From NCBI GenBank assembly GCA_963676565.1, contig OY781089.1, positions 2,240,001 to 2,304,000 on the forward strand: a stretch of DNA of 64,000 nt. Direction: 5' to 3'. The notes beneath the pieces were generated by a model. It was not told where the DNA came from. It was given only the letters and a program-made list of their open reading frames with translations, and ran no database searches. The translations under genes and the position numbers were made by a program. How positions within the stretch are numbered: position 1 is the stretch's first letter; each line of letters opens with the position of its first letter. This DNA comes from Halarcobacter sp. (lineage in GTDB: Bacteria > Campylobacterota > Campylobacteria > Campylobacterales > Arcobacteraceae). This document shows, piece by piece, positions 9,727-19,575 of the stretch.

Positions 9727-10392
9727 ATGAAAATTTTTTTATCTATAGTTTTACTATTTAGTTTTTCATTTACCTATGGTTATGATTTAAAAAATATAGG
9801 CGTAGAGATTGAAAGTAATGGAAAAACTATTACAATAAAAAGAATAGATGATGAAGAGTGTCTTTTAATAAATGGTGCAATTCCTGAAAACCTATTTTCT
9901 GGTAACTATGCAAAAGAGGACTTACCCAAAGCTTGTGTTAAAAAGTTTCTTACAACAATGGGAAAAATCACACCAATGAAAATCAATGATAAAATTGAAA
10001 CTATTGGAGAACTTGAAGTTATAAAGTTTATTGAAAAATCACAAACTAACAAAAATATGCTTTTAATAGATTCAAGATTACCTGATTGGTATTTACAGTT
10101 TACTATTCCAACTGCTGAAAATATCCCTTTTACTTATTTTGATAAAAGTAAATATCCAGATGACTTTTATGATGCTTTAGAGATGATTGGTGTAAAAGAG
10201 ATTTCAGAAAATAAATATGATTATTCAAAGGCTAAGGATTTAGTTTTATTTTGTAATGGTGCATGGTGTCCACAATCAAGTTTTGCCATAGAAAACTTAA
10301 TAAAGCTTGGTTTCCCTCAAGAAAAAATTAAATGGTATAGAGGTGGGATATATTCTTGGAAACTTCTAAATTTAACAACAGTTGCGGAGTAA
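9727..10392 (+). CDS. Periplasmic rhodanese-like sulfurtransferase
   Basis: Signal peptide; LIDSR..WY, FCNGAWCPQS, KWYRGG. Confidence 0.85.
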   Translation: MKIFLSIVLLFSFSFTYGYDLKNIGVEIESNGKTITIKRIDDEECLLINGAIPENLFSGNYAKEDLPKACVKKFLTTMGKITPMKINDKIETIGELEVIKFIEKSQTNKNMLLIDSRLPDWYLQFTIPTAENIPFTYFDKSKYPDDFYDALEMIGVKEISENKYDYSKAKDLVLFCNGAWCPQSSFAIENLIKLGFPQEKIKWYRGGIYSWKLLNLTTVAE

Positions 10393-10398
10393 TTTAAG

Positions 10399-11556
10399 TT
10401 ACCCCAACTGTTTATTTACATCTTGAACAATAGTTTTATCTAAAGTGCCCTCTTCTGATAGCTTTATCATAATATTAATAGCTTCTTGGTGATTATATTT
10501 ATCCCTGTAAGACTTTTTTGTTGTAAGAGACTGATAAACGTTTAAAACAGCCATAAGTCTATCTTTTAAACTTAAGTCCTTTCCTGAAAGTTTGTATGGA
10601 TAACCTTGTCCGTCAACTCTTTCTTGAGCTCTAGATGCCCAATTTGAAATATCATTAAAGCCCATTAGATTAGTTAATATCTTTTTAGTATAATAAGGAT
10701 AAGTTTTCATAATCTCAAACTCATTCTCATCTAAAGTACCAGCTTTTGTTAAGATTTTGCTAGGAATAGCTAATTTCCCAATATTGTATAATGATGCAGC
10801 AATTAAAAATGTTTGCTTGTCTTTATGTTCAAAATCATAAAAGTCTGCCATTTTTGAACACTTATCTAGTATATTTTCATTCTCTTCATTTAATATTGTA
10901 AAAATTGAAGTTATTTCTAAAACCTCTTCAAATGTTGGTTCTATTGTAAAGTCATATAATGTAGAAAAGATATAAAAAAGTATATCGTTTTCATTTTGGA
11001 TATCAAGCCAGAAATCAACTGTTGAAGAAACGTCTAAAAACATATCAGAGATATCTTTTGAAAAAAGTTTATCTTCATTTTTTTCAATAAAATTTTTGAT
11101 ATCTTTTTTTAATTGTACATTTTCATCTAAAAAATCAAAATTAGTATCAATAATATGTGAAAATGAGATGATTTGTGATAAAAATGGAATCTCATTTTCT
11201 TTTAAAGCAAAAAAAGAGGAACCATCGTAGTGTTCTTGATGATATTTTAATATATCATCATACTTACATAAAAAAGGTAGTTTATCTGCAAGGTTTTGAG
11301 CTAATTCAAAATACTCTTTGTTATAGTCGTTAATTTTTCTTAATGATACATTATGAAGTAAACAATAAGCACATAAGTCTGCCATTTCTTGTGGACTTAA
11401 CTGAAATCTTTCACCTAGTTTTAAAGAGATAAAAGCAATTCTTCTAGAGTGATTCTTTTTAGTATTTTTTAAATCTTTTTCCACTAAATCCAGGACTAAA
11501 GATATTGATAATAAAAAATTGTTTAAATTAAACTGTAGCTGTTTTTTCTTGTTCAT
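10399..11556 (-). CDS. Tandem HD-GYP-like protein, degenerate
   Basis: HSRRIA, HQEHYDG, IGKLAIP..ILTK, ERVDGQGYP; HD motifs replaced by HN and YN. Confidence 0.8.
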   Translation of the reverse strand: MNKKKQLQFNLNNFLLSISLVLDLVEKDLKNTKKNHSRRIAFISLKLGERFQLSPQEMADLCAYCLLHNVSLRKINDYNKEYFELAQNLADKLPFLCKYDDILKYHQEHYDGSSFFALKENEIPFLSQIISFSHIIDTNFDFLDENVQLKKDIKNFIEKNEDKLFSKDISDMFLDVSSTVDFWLDIQNENDILFYIFSTLYDFTIEPTFEEVLEITSIFTILNEENENILDKCSKMADFYDFEHKDKQTFLIAASLYNIGKLAIPSKILTKAGTLDENEFEIMKTYPYYTKKILTNLMGFNDISNWASRAQERVDGQGYPYKLSGKDLSLKDRLMAVLNVYQSLTTKKSYRDKYNHQEAINIMIKLSEEGTLDKTIVQDVNKQLG

Positions 11557-11626
11557 AAATTATCCGTAATTGTTTTGTAAACACAATGCTACAATATAAA
11601 GCATTAAAAATTGAAGAAAAGTAGTT

Positions 11627-12415
11627 TTACTCTTCTTCAATCATTCCAACAATAGATTCAACAGAGGTGTTTGTCATATCTAAATCTAGATGTTCAGCCC
11701 CTTCAACTTTAACAAGTTTTGCATTTAATCCATTATTCTTAGCAACTTCAAAAAACTTGGTAGTTACTTCTGGTTTTGATATTTTATCAGCTGTCCCATA
11801 GATAAATAGATATTTTGTATTTTTATCTACATTATCAATTACATCATTAAAAGATACTAGGTTTTTCCCTTTATTTTCAGGCTTTGTAACATAACTTCCA
11901 CCTGCTAATGCAATATTTTGAATTAGTCCAGGTTTTAATCCAGTTAAAGTTGCTCCCATTCTTGCACCTGCACTATGACCTACATATGTTACAGTAGTAG
12001 CTTCATATTTTTGTTTTAAGGCATCTACTAATTCACCTAAAAATAAAATATACTCTTTGTTTGAAGAAAGATTTTTTACACCTTCATGGGCTAAAGCTTG
12101 AAAATTGTTTGTTGATGAATTTGAATAACCTGGAAGAGCTACTGCAATTGTAGTTAAATCTGTATTCATATTCATAGTCTCCGCAAAAGGTGCATATCTA
12201 CCAAGGGTATTTGTCCCTTCATCCCATGTACCATGAACTATAATCATTATATGATCATTTGAATCTCCACTAAAGGTTCTTGTTTCTATACACTCACCAC
12301 CAGCAAAAATAAAATTTTCACCTAAAGAACCACAATCCTCTTGAGAGATTTTTTTTGCGTTTAAACTCAATGAAAGTAAAAAAATTGAGATAAAAATTGA
12401 CACTTTTTTTAACAT
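11627..12415 (-). CDS. Secreted alpha/beta hydrolase
   Basis: VHG oxyanion region, GHSAG nucleophile, GTAD, GAEH; signal peptide. Confidence 0.82.
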   Translation of the reverse strand: MLKKVSIFISIFLLSLSLNAKKISQEDCGSLGENFIFAGGECIETRTFSGDSNDHIMIIVHGTWDEGTNTLGRYAPFAETMNMNTDLTTIAVALPGYSNSSTNNFQALAHEGVKNLSSNKEYILFLGELVDALKQKYEATTVTYVGHSAGARMGATLTGLKPGLIQNIALAGGSYVTKPENKGKNLVSFNDVIDNVDKNTKYLFIYGTADKISKPEVTTKFFEVAKNNGLNAKLVKVEGAEHLDLDMTNTSVESIVGMIEEE

Positions 12416-12564
12416 AATATACTCCTTTTTATAATTATAATAATTTATAAGATTTAACTTATTTATACAATAAAGAAATAAGCCTAAAATATAAAGATAA
12501 GTTATAGTAAAGTTATGTTTAAATGTAATATTAAATAAAAAGAAAGAGTGGATTTTTAAATATC

Positions 12565-12586
12565 AAAAGAGGGGTGATCCTCTTTT
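12565..12586 (-). terminator. Terminator at the end of the sox accessory genes
   Basis: AAAAGAGG...CCTCTTTT hairpin right after the DsrE-family stop. Confidence 0.6.
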
Positions 12587-13024
12587 TTAGTAAGCGATTA
12601 TTCCTACATAACCAGCTATTTGTCTTTCTATAACTTCAACAATTCCTGCTTGAACATAAGAAACATCTTCAATAAAATCGTCTTCAGTCCATTTCATAGT
12701 TTCCATAGTATTTCTACATACAATAAATTCCACATCATATTCCATTAAAGACTTTATTCTTGTTAATGCTTTTTCATCATAATCTTTCATTAGTGCTCTA
12801 ACACCATTTCCGTAAGCAATTACAACAACTTTTAAACTCTCTTCTGGGTATTCTTTTAAAATATTATAAATTGTACTTAAATTATGATCTACTTTTTTTA
12901 AATCTGAATCATACAATTGAATAGCAACTTTTCGCGGGCTCTCAAATGTTGGTTGTGGGTCGTTAAAAGTTGATTCGGCAAAACTAAATACAGTTAATAG
13001 TATAACTATTAAAAAACTTTTCAT
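12587..13024 (-). CDS. DsrE/DsrF-family protein
   Basis: VVVIAYGNG, FIVCRNTM, VQAGIVEVIERQ; signal peptide. Confidence 0.85.
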   Translation of the reverse strand: MKSFLIVILLTVFSFAESTFNDPQPTFESPRKVAIQLYDSDLKKVDHNLSTIYNILKEYPEESLKVVVIAYGNGVRALMKDYDEKALTRIKSLMEYDVEFIVCRNTMETMKWTEDDFIEDVSYVQAGIVEVIERQIAGYVGIIAY

Positions 13025-13036
13025 CTATATCCTTTT

Positions 13037-13498
13037 TTATGCAACGTTGTGTTGCTTTTCTATAATTTTTACTGTTGAACCTTTTTTTACTTCACCAGAT
13101 TTTAGAATCTTACAATATATTCCCCTACAATCTTGAACGATAATTGGTAAATCATCATCAAAAACTGCTAAGTGGTTACAAATAGTACAGTTTTCAGTAA
13201 TTTGTATTTGTGCTTCACCAATTTCAAATATAGTTCCAACATGATAATCGTGTGGATTAAAATCAAATAGTATATTTTCTCCTAAACTTCCATATTCTAT
13301 ACTAATATCGTTTTCTTTAGCCAAATCATATGTAGTTTTACCAACTATCATAACAGCTTTATCTATATCTTTACCAGCAAATTTATCATCTTTTATTCCA
13401 AAATCTAATATTAATTCTAATTTATCAACTTTTGGTCTAGGCAAACCACTTTGACCTTTTTTTGCACTAAAAGTGTCTAAAACTTTATGTTTAATCAT
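13037..13498 (-). CDS. MOSC-domain protein
   Basis: GLPRP, GSLGENI, IQITENCTIC, RGIYCKILKSG. Confidence 0.85.
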   Translation of the reverse strand: MIKHKVLDTFSAKKGQSGLPRPKVDKLELILDFGIKDDKFAGKDIDKAVMIVGKTTYDLAKENDISIEYGSLGENILFDFNPHDYHVGTIFEIGEAQIQITENCTICNHLAVFDDDLPIIVQDCRGIYCKILKSGEVKKGSTVKIIEKQHNVA

Positions 13499-14298
13499 AA
13501 ATTTTCCTTTAATATTCCTAAAAAGTCTTTTCTATCCCATGCACCAGGATAGGTATTAATTAATTGCCCTGCACTAGTTAGAATAAAGAATGTTGGTGTC
13601 ATACCTTTAAATCTTTTATTTAAACCAAAGGGTAATGAAACATAATCTACATCAACCTCTACAAAAATATAATCTTCCCCTATTGCCTCTTGGACCTCAG
13701 TTAAATCAAGAACATCATTTTTCATCTTTTTACAAAAGTAACAACTTTGAGCAGTAGCAAAAACTATAATTTGTTTATTTTTTTCTAAAGCTTCTTTGAT
13801 TATTTTATCATCATTATTATTGTTTTTTAAAACTTTAACTGGCTTAGGAAATCTTTTTAATCTATCCTCTTTATAACCCATGAAAAATTCAGCTAACAAT
13901 GTTGCTTCATCTTCAGTTATATCCATTGGTTCTTTTTCTTTATAATATTTAACAACATGGTTATCACAAACAGTGTTATTAATATCAGGATTTGCCAAAT
14001 ATTCTTTTAAATACTCTTCTATTTCAACAATTCTCATTTCAGAGTCACTAGGATCCCCTATCTTTTTACTACTTTCCATAATAGCCCATGCTAACATGTT
14101 TTGTGTTGGAATTGTTAAATTTAACAAGGTATTATTTCTTTCAAAAAAATTCTCTTTTAATTTTTTAAATGAGATATACTCTTCATGACAAGATGCACAT
14201 TTGTTTTCAAATAAAACTTTACCCTCTTTAAAATCTGCCTTTAAATTAACAAAAAAAGCTAAGATAGTAAATAATAAAATCGTCCTTCTTATAATCAT
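13495..14298 (-). CDS. Cytochrome c-thioredoxin (SoxW-like) fusion
   Basis: Signal peptide, CASCH heme motif, C-terminal CYFC and TPTF thioredoxin fold. Confidence 0.75.
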   Translation of the reverse strand: MIIRRTILLFTILAFFVNLKADFKEGKVLFENKCASCHEEYISFKKLKENFFERNNTLLNLTIPTQNMLAWAIMESSKKIGDPSDSEMRIVEIEEYLKEYLANPDINNTVCDNHVVKYYKEKEPMDITEDEATLLAEFFMGYKEDRLKRFPKPVKVLKNNNNDDKIIKEALEKNKQIIVFATAQSCYFCKKMKNDVLDLTEVQEAIGEDYIFVEVDVDYVSLPFGLNKRFKGMTPTFFILTSAGQLINTYPGAWDRKDFLGILKENL

Positions 14299-14393
14299 TT
14301 TCTTCCTTCTTTCAACTTATTAAAAAACTAAAAAAGTATTTTAATAAACTGAAAAGATATAGAGATAAGACTCTATACCTTTTACATAAGGAT

Positions 14394-16172
14394 TTAAACG
14401 ATTCCTGGGTTTCCTTTGATACCAACAATATCTGGAGTATCAACTTTAAGATTTGCAATATGTTTAACATTTTGAAGATAAGTTTCAACTGTTTCCCATA
14501 CTGGTTCACCTGGAGATTTTGCACCAACAGTAGACCAACCAGCAACCTTGTATGATTTATTAGCATCAAGTTTTTGACCAGTCTTAGTTAGCGTAATTTC
14601 AGAAATTCTTTCTCCCATTTTAGCAGTAGGATTGATTTTATATGATATTCCACCTGTTCTAACCATATCACCACCTTGTTGGTAGAATGGGTCTTCATTG
14701 AACAAGTTATCAGCAACGTCTTCTAAAATTAATTTAATATCTTTACCAGAAATATCTCTAGCATAAGTTTCTGGATATGTCATAGCTGTTTGTGTAGCTA
14801 AATCATCAAATGTAATATCTTGACCAGGCATAACTGAAGTTCCCCATCTAAATCCAGGAGAAAGTGAAATATCAGCACCTTTAACATCAATTAATGCATC
14901 ACAAATGATTTGGTCCCAAGAACCATTAAAATTACCTCTTCTAAATAAAGTTTGCTCTGTTGTAGCAATTACTCTATCAAGGTCTTTTTTAAATGGAGCT
15001 CTTACATCTTCGATGTATTTTTTCATCTCTGGGTCTTCAGGAATTAAATCAGAGAAAATTGGAAGTAAAGTAAATTTGTGACCTACAATTTTTCCATCTT
15101 TTACATCTAAATCTAATACATTTAAGAACTTACCATTTGAACCTGCATTACATACATATGTAACACCATTTTCATTTTTAACAGGATAAGCTTCAGGAAC
15201 ACCATCATGTGTGTGTCCACCCATAATAAAATCAATTCCAGTTACAACTTCTGCCATTTTTTTGTCAGTGTCATAACCATTGTGAGAAAGAACAATAACT
15301 GCATCTGGTTTCTCTTCTTCTCTAACCATATCAACAACTTCTTGCATACCTTCATCATTGATTGAGAATGTCCAATCTTCTATAAATCTTTGTGGATTTG
15401 CAATAGTTGTATAAGGGAATGCTTGACCAATTATAGCAATTCTAGCACCACCAATCTCTTTGATTGTATATGGTTTAAATGCATAACCATCATCCATATC
15501 ATAAGCTTGTTTTGCAATTTCAGTTTCATTAAATAATGAATCTTCTTTTACCTTAACATTTTGAGCTAAGAACTCTGCATTTAACATTTTAACATTATCC
15601 AATACTTCTTGTGCATTATAAGTAAATTCCCAGTGTCCAACAGCTACATCAACACCTAAAAGATTCATTGCCCCTACCATATCTTTACCTCTAGTTTGAA
15701 GTGCAGTCCATGAACCTTGCCATGTATCACCACCATCTAATAGTAAAGATTTATCAGCTCCAAAACTATTTCTTAAAAAATCAACTACAGTTTTAATTTG
15801 TGCAAAACCGCCAGTTCTTCCCATAGCTTTTGCATGCTTTTCAAAGTTTACCATTGAATATGCATATTCAAGTCTTTTATTACCTTTAATTCCATAATAA
15901 TCTAATAGTTTCTCACCAACAATATGTGGTGGCTTACCATAGTTTCCATGAAAACCTAAGTTTACACTAGGCTCTCTAAAATAAACAGGTAGTAATTGAG
16001 CATGTGAATCTGTCATATGCATTAGCCTTACATTACCATATGGCTTAAGTTTATAATAATCTTCTAAATTCTTAGTTGTTTCTACCATTCTCGTGTGTGA
16101 ATTAGCAAAAACTGGTGCAGAACCTAAAACTGCCATCATATAAACAAATTCTCTTCTACTTAATTTACTCAT
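14394..16172 (-). CDS. soxB: Thiosulfohydrolase SoxB
   Basis: Tat signal SRREF; DSHAQLLPVYFREPSVNLG, DGGDTWQG, GHWEFT, GGHTHD, RRGNFNG, YQQGGDMVR. Confidence 0.97.
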   Translation of the reverse strand: MSKLSRREFVYMMAVLGSAPVFANSHTRMVETTKNLEDYYKLKPYGNVRLMHMTDSHAQLLPVYFREPSVNLGFHGNYGKPPHIVGEKLLDYYGIKGNKRLEYAYSMVNFEKHAKAMGRTGGFAQIKTVVDFLRNSFGADKSLLLDGGDTWQGSWTALQTRGKDMVGAMNLLGVDVAVGHWEFTYNAQEVLDNVKMLNAEFLAQNVKVKEDSLFNETEIAKQAYDMDDGYAFKPYTIKEIGGARIAIIGQAFPYTTIANPQRFIEDWTFSINDEGMQEVVDMVREEEKPDAVIVLSHNGYDTDKKMAEVVTGIDFIMGGHTHDGVPEAYPVKNENGVTYVCNAGSNGKFLNVLDLDVKDGKIVGHKFTLLPIFSDLIPEDPEMKKYIEDVRAPFKKDLDRVIATTEQTLFRRGNFNGSWDQIICDALIDVKGADISLSPGFRWGTSVMPGQDITFDDLATQTAMTYPETYARDISGKDIKLILEDVADNLFNEDPFYQQGGDMVRTGGISYKINPTAKMGERISEITLTKTGQKLDANKSYKVAGWSTVGAKSPGEPVWETVETYLQNVKHIANLKVDTPDIVGIKGNPGIV

Positions 16173-16207
16173 TAATAAATTCCTTCATTTAATATTAGAA
16201 ACCTAAA

Positions 16208-16861
16208 TTATTTACCATCACCTACAACAGTATATCCAAGTGAAGTCCAAGCTTGCATACCACCTCTGTAGTATTTAATTTTTTCTGCTGGATATCCCAT
16301 ATTTAAAAGTGAAAATTTAGCTTTTTTAACCATTCCTGGAGTTTGTCCACACCAGTAACCATTACAATACAATGCTAAAGTTTTAGCATTAGAAAAGTCA
16401 AGTGTTCCATCCTCTTTTTGAACAACACCCATTTCATCTTCCATCATCTCAATTGCAGTATCTTTTTCATCAAAATTAGTATATGGAACATTTACAGCTC
16501 CTGGAATTCTTAATTTTGCATACCAACCTGGTTTTCTTGAGTCAATTACAGCAATAGTTTTATCTGTTTGAGCTTTTTTCATATATTCAATAAACTCTAA
16601 CTCCCCTAATGTTTCAACACCTGGTGCTAAAATCATTGGTTGTGCAGTTCCTCTATTAGTTGTTTCATAAAGTGGTGAAATTTTATTACCTGGAGTTTGA
16701 TTTCTCATTAATGTAAACTTTTCACCATTTAAATTCATCTCAATTGATTTCACTCCTGGCAGTGCAGGAACAAACTTCTCACTACCCTCAGCAGCAAAAC
16801 TTCCAGTTGAACATATACCAGCAATTGCTGATGTTATTATAAATCTCTTTAGAATTGTCAT
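16208..16861 (-). CDS. Periplasmic rhodanese-like sulfurtransferase within the sox cluster
   Basis: IDSRKPGWY, YCNGYWCGQT, YYRGGMQAW. Confidence 0.87.
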   Translation of the reverse strand: MTILKRFIITSAIAGICSTGSFAAEGSEKFVPALPGVKSIEMNLNGEKFTLMRNQTPGNKISPLYETTNRGTAQPMILAPGVETLGELEFIEYMKKAQTDKTIAVIDSRKPGWYAKLRIPGAVNVPYTNFDEKDTAIEMMEDEMGVVQKEDGTLDFSNAKTLALYCNGYWCGQTPGMVKKAKFSLLNMGYPAEKIKYYRGGMQAWTSLGYTVVGDGK

Positions 16862-16898
16862 CTTTTTATTTCCTTAATTTCATACATATCATTTAAAT

Positions 16899-16931
16899 AA
16901 AAAAAGCCAAGATTAAAAATCTTGACTTTTT
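16899..16931 (-). terminator. Intrinsic terminator after the soxA-downstream ORF
   Basis: Minus strand AAAAAGTCAAGAT-TTTTA-ATCTTGGCTTTTTTT. Confidence 0.65.
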
Positions 16932-16945
16932 AACAATACTAATTT

Positions 16946-17365
16946 TTAGTATTTATATCCATCTCCTGGGACTGCAAGTCGCCAAGTTTTTTTACCCTCT
17001 TCAGCTTGATTTAGTGCTGCAATAGCAAATTTACATGCTCTTACAGCAGCATAATTAGTTTCTAAAACTGTTTTAGATTTTTTACCTTTAAAAGTTTTAG
17101 GGTTTACCTCTTTTGCACCTGTTTTAATTGCTTCTTCAACAGAAATAATTAAATCAGAATTATTAACATTAAGTCTTCTAAACTCTAAACCTTTTTCTTT
17201 TGCTATTTCATTGTATTTTTTAGCTGTTGCAATTACTTTTTCAATGCCATTAGCTTTTATATCACACATAGCTTTTTCATCCATCATATGATTGTCAGCA
17301 TAAAGAGATGTAGATAAAGTTAATGCCACAGTAGCTGCAATTGTTAAGTTAATTAATTTTTTCAT
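16946..17365 (-). CDS. Secreted hypothetical protein directly after soxA
   Basis: Signal peptide, two Cys, RBS; 9 bp after soxA. Confidence 0.75.
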   Translation of the reverse strand: MKKLINLTIAATVALTLSTSLYADNHMMDEKAMCDIKANGIEKVIATAKKYNEIAKEKGLEFRRLNVNNSDLIISVEEAIKTGAKEVNPKTFKGKKSKTVLETNYAAVRACKFAIAALNQAEEGKKTWRLAVPGDGYKY

Positions 17366-17374
17366 TTCATCTCC

Positions 17375-18313
17375 CTATTTTCTAAAGTCTGGACCATCAA
17401 ATTTCATACCATTATTCATGTAAGCCATAAAGAATAGTAATTCTTTCATCTCATTACTTGTATTACCTGGAGGAACTTGACCTTGATCCTTAACACAACC
17501 TGACATTCTTCTCTCTAATGTACCTAATCCATCATTATTTGGTGTTGCAGCTGCCCATTTTAATCTATAAACTGGAAAGTGTGTAGTTTGACCAATAAAT
17601 TGAGATAGAGATTCATTTCTTACTCTTTGACCAGCACCTTGAACATGACAGTTCGCACAATTAAGTTTTAAGTAACCTCTTTGAGTATAATAATATTCTT
17701 TACCTCTTTCATATGCTTCCGCTGCTGCTTTACTTTCAATTTTTACATCAATAGTTTTTTCTTCATCTTGAGCTGCTTGTGCAAAGAAAGCTTGTAAATG
17801 AGCCATTTTACCCTTTGACGTTCCCCATTTTTTTTCACCATTTGATTCTAAGCATTCATTAACTGCTTGAGTTAAAGTTTGTACTTCACCCTTTTTTTCA
17901 TCAAAGTATGGATACATAGATCCAGCTTCTGCAGGATTTGGAAAACAAGATGCAAAAGATTTACCATTTGCAAATTTTTTATTGTAAAGTCCTTCTCCAA
18001 CTTCTACCCACTCTTCTGTTGGTGGGAACTCTTTAATTTCATAATATGAAGCTTGACCATTTTTAGAAAAGGCATAATTCCCTTTTGCAAAGTCATCTTT
18101 CTTTAATCCACCTAAAATATTATTTTCTAACTCATCATCAGTTGAATAAGGGAAGAAAGTATTTCTATTTTTTAATGGATTTTCAAATTTTGCTTCAAAA
18201 TATTTTATTAAAGCAATTCTATCTTTTTCTGCTTGTGCATTAAAATCTGCTGCGTTTAGTGCAACAGTAGTTAATGCAATTAAAGCAGTAGTTTTAGCTA
18301 TTTTCAACAACAT
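17375..18313 (-). CDS. soxA: SoxA cytochrome, monoheme type
   Basis: CANCH, HFPVYRLKW, ERRMSGC; N-terminal heme site degenerate (FASCF). Confidence 0.95.
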   Translation of the reverse strand: MLLKIAKTTALIALTTVALNAADFNAQAEKDRIALIKYFEAKFENPLKNRNTFFPYSTDDELENNILGGLKKDDFAKGNYAFSKNGQASYYEIKEFPPTEEWVEVGEGLYNKKFANGKSFASCFPNPAEAGSMYPYFDEKKGEVQTLTQAVNECLESNGEKKWGTSKGKMAHLQAFFAQAAQDEEKTIDVKIESKAAAEAYERGKEYYYTQRGYLKLNCANCHVQGAGQRVRNESLSQFIGQTTHFPVYRLKWAAATPNNDGLGTLERRMSGCVKDQGQVPPGNTSNEMKELLFFMAYMNNGMKFDGPDFRK

Positions 18314-18338
18314 ACATATCTCCTATTGTAGTTTTTTA

Positions 18339-18365
18339 AATTAGTCACTTAAAAAGTGACTAATT
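18339..18365. other. Perfect hairpin between soxZ and soxA
   Basis: AATTAGTCACTT-AAA-AAGTGACTAATT. Confidence 0.7.
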
Positions 18366-18681
18366 ATTTAATTTTCATACTGTCAGATTGAGTAGTACCT
18401 TTTAAATCAACCCATGAGAATGATAATTTATCACCTTTTTTAATCCCTAATTCATCTGCATTAAATGAAAATTTAAAGTATGGGTTTTTTGATAAAAATT
18501 GTGAAGTCGAAACTTCATAAACAACAGTCTCACCAACTTTTGCTACAATATATGTAATCCAGTTTGCTTCTTTTTTAGCTCTTTTAGCCTCTTGATTTGA
18601 TAACATATCATGTTTTGCAAGAGCTTTAACAGTAACTACACCTTTTTTTAATTTTGCTTTGATTCTAGTTTTTCCAGCCAT
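18364..18681 (-). CDS. soxZ: Sulfur carrier subunit SoxZ
   Basis: VKALAKHDM, SKNPYFKFSF, WVDLKG. Confidence 0.93.
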   Translation of the reverse strand: MAGKTRIKAKLKKGVVTVKALAKHDMLSNQEAKRAKKEANWITYIVAKVGETVVYEVSTSQFLSKNPYFKFSFNADELGIKKGDKLSFSWVDLKGTTQSDSMKIK

Positions 18682-18745
18682 TTTTATTATTCCTTTATTC
18701 TTTTTTATAAATTATTAATATTTGTTATATAAGTGTTGAACTAAA

Positions 18746-19195
18746 TCAACCACCACATCCACCGATAGTTACTTTAACTTGTTTAGATGCTTTTAAAAGC
18801 TTTCCACCATCTTCAATTACTGCAAAAACGTTTCCAGTTTTAGCCATTTTAATTCTTACACCATAATCAACAATTCCACCTTTTGGAACATCAAATACTG
18901 CAACTAAAGTTTCAGGGTTTGCATCTTGTAAAATTGCAACTCTAGTAGCCGATTTAGCTTCAACAGTTACAGGAATAACTGCACCATTTTCAGCAATATC
19001 TGGAGCTTTTAACTTAACTTTTTTACTCTCTGTTGCATCTGCACCAAAAATCTCTTTAATAGCTGCATCTACTTTTGTAGCATCCCAAGCTTTTGGCTTA
19101 GTTTCTCTATAATTAGTTGCACTTAATGTAACTGGTGCAACTGAAGCTGCTAATGCTCCTAAACCTAAACCTAAAAAATTTCTTCTATTTATCAT
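18746..19195 (-). CDS. soxY: Sulfur carrier SoxY
   Basis: Tat signal RRNFL, PDIAENGAVIP, C-terminal VKVTIGGCGG. Confidence 0.97.
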   Translation of the reverse strand: MINRRNFLGLGLGALAASVAPVTLSATNYRETKPKAWDATKVDAAIKEIFGADATESKKVKLKAPDIAENGAVIPVTVEAKSATRVAILQDANPETLVAVFDVPKGGIVDYGVRIKMAKTGNVFAVIEDGGKLLKASKQVKVTIGGCGG

Positions 19196-19213
19196 CTTTT
19201 TATCCTTTTTATA

Positions 19214-19564
19214 TTATTGAATTGTTTTTAAATAAGCAACTACTGCTTTAATTTCACCATCACTTAACCATCCAGTTTTACCAAATGCAGGCATCTGAGA
19301 AATTGGATTAGTAGTATATGGATTATAAACTTTTTTATAAAGTTCTTCCTCTGGCCAATATTGTAACGCAGTTAATTTTGGTCCCATACTTCCAGGTCCA
19401 TCAATATTTTTACCATTTGCATCATGACATGCAATACAGTTACCTAAATTTTTAGTTGTAAAAATTTTTTCACCTTGCTTTACTAGATCATCATTTGCAT
19501 AAGATCCAGTCATAGCTAAACCACTAATAGCAGCTACTAAAAACAAATTTTTAATTAATTTCAT
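19214..19564 (-). CDS. soxX: SoxX cytochrome c
   Basis: GNCIACH, GPKL, SQMPAFG. Confidence 0.93.
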   Translation of the reverse strand: MKLIKNLFLVAAISGLAMTGSYANDDLVKQGEKIFTTKNLGNCIACHDANGKNIDGPGSMGPKLTALQYWPEEELYKKVYNPYTTNPISQMPAFGKTGWLSDGEIKAVVAYLKTIQ

Positions 19565-19575
19565 ACTTTAACTCC

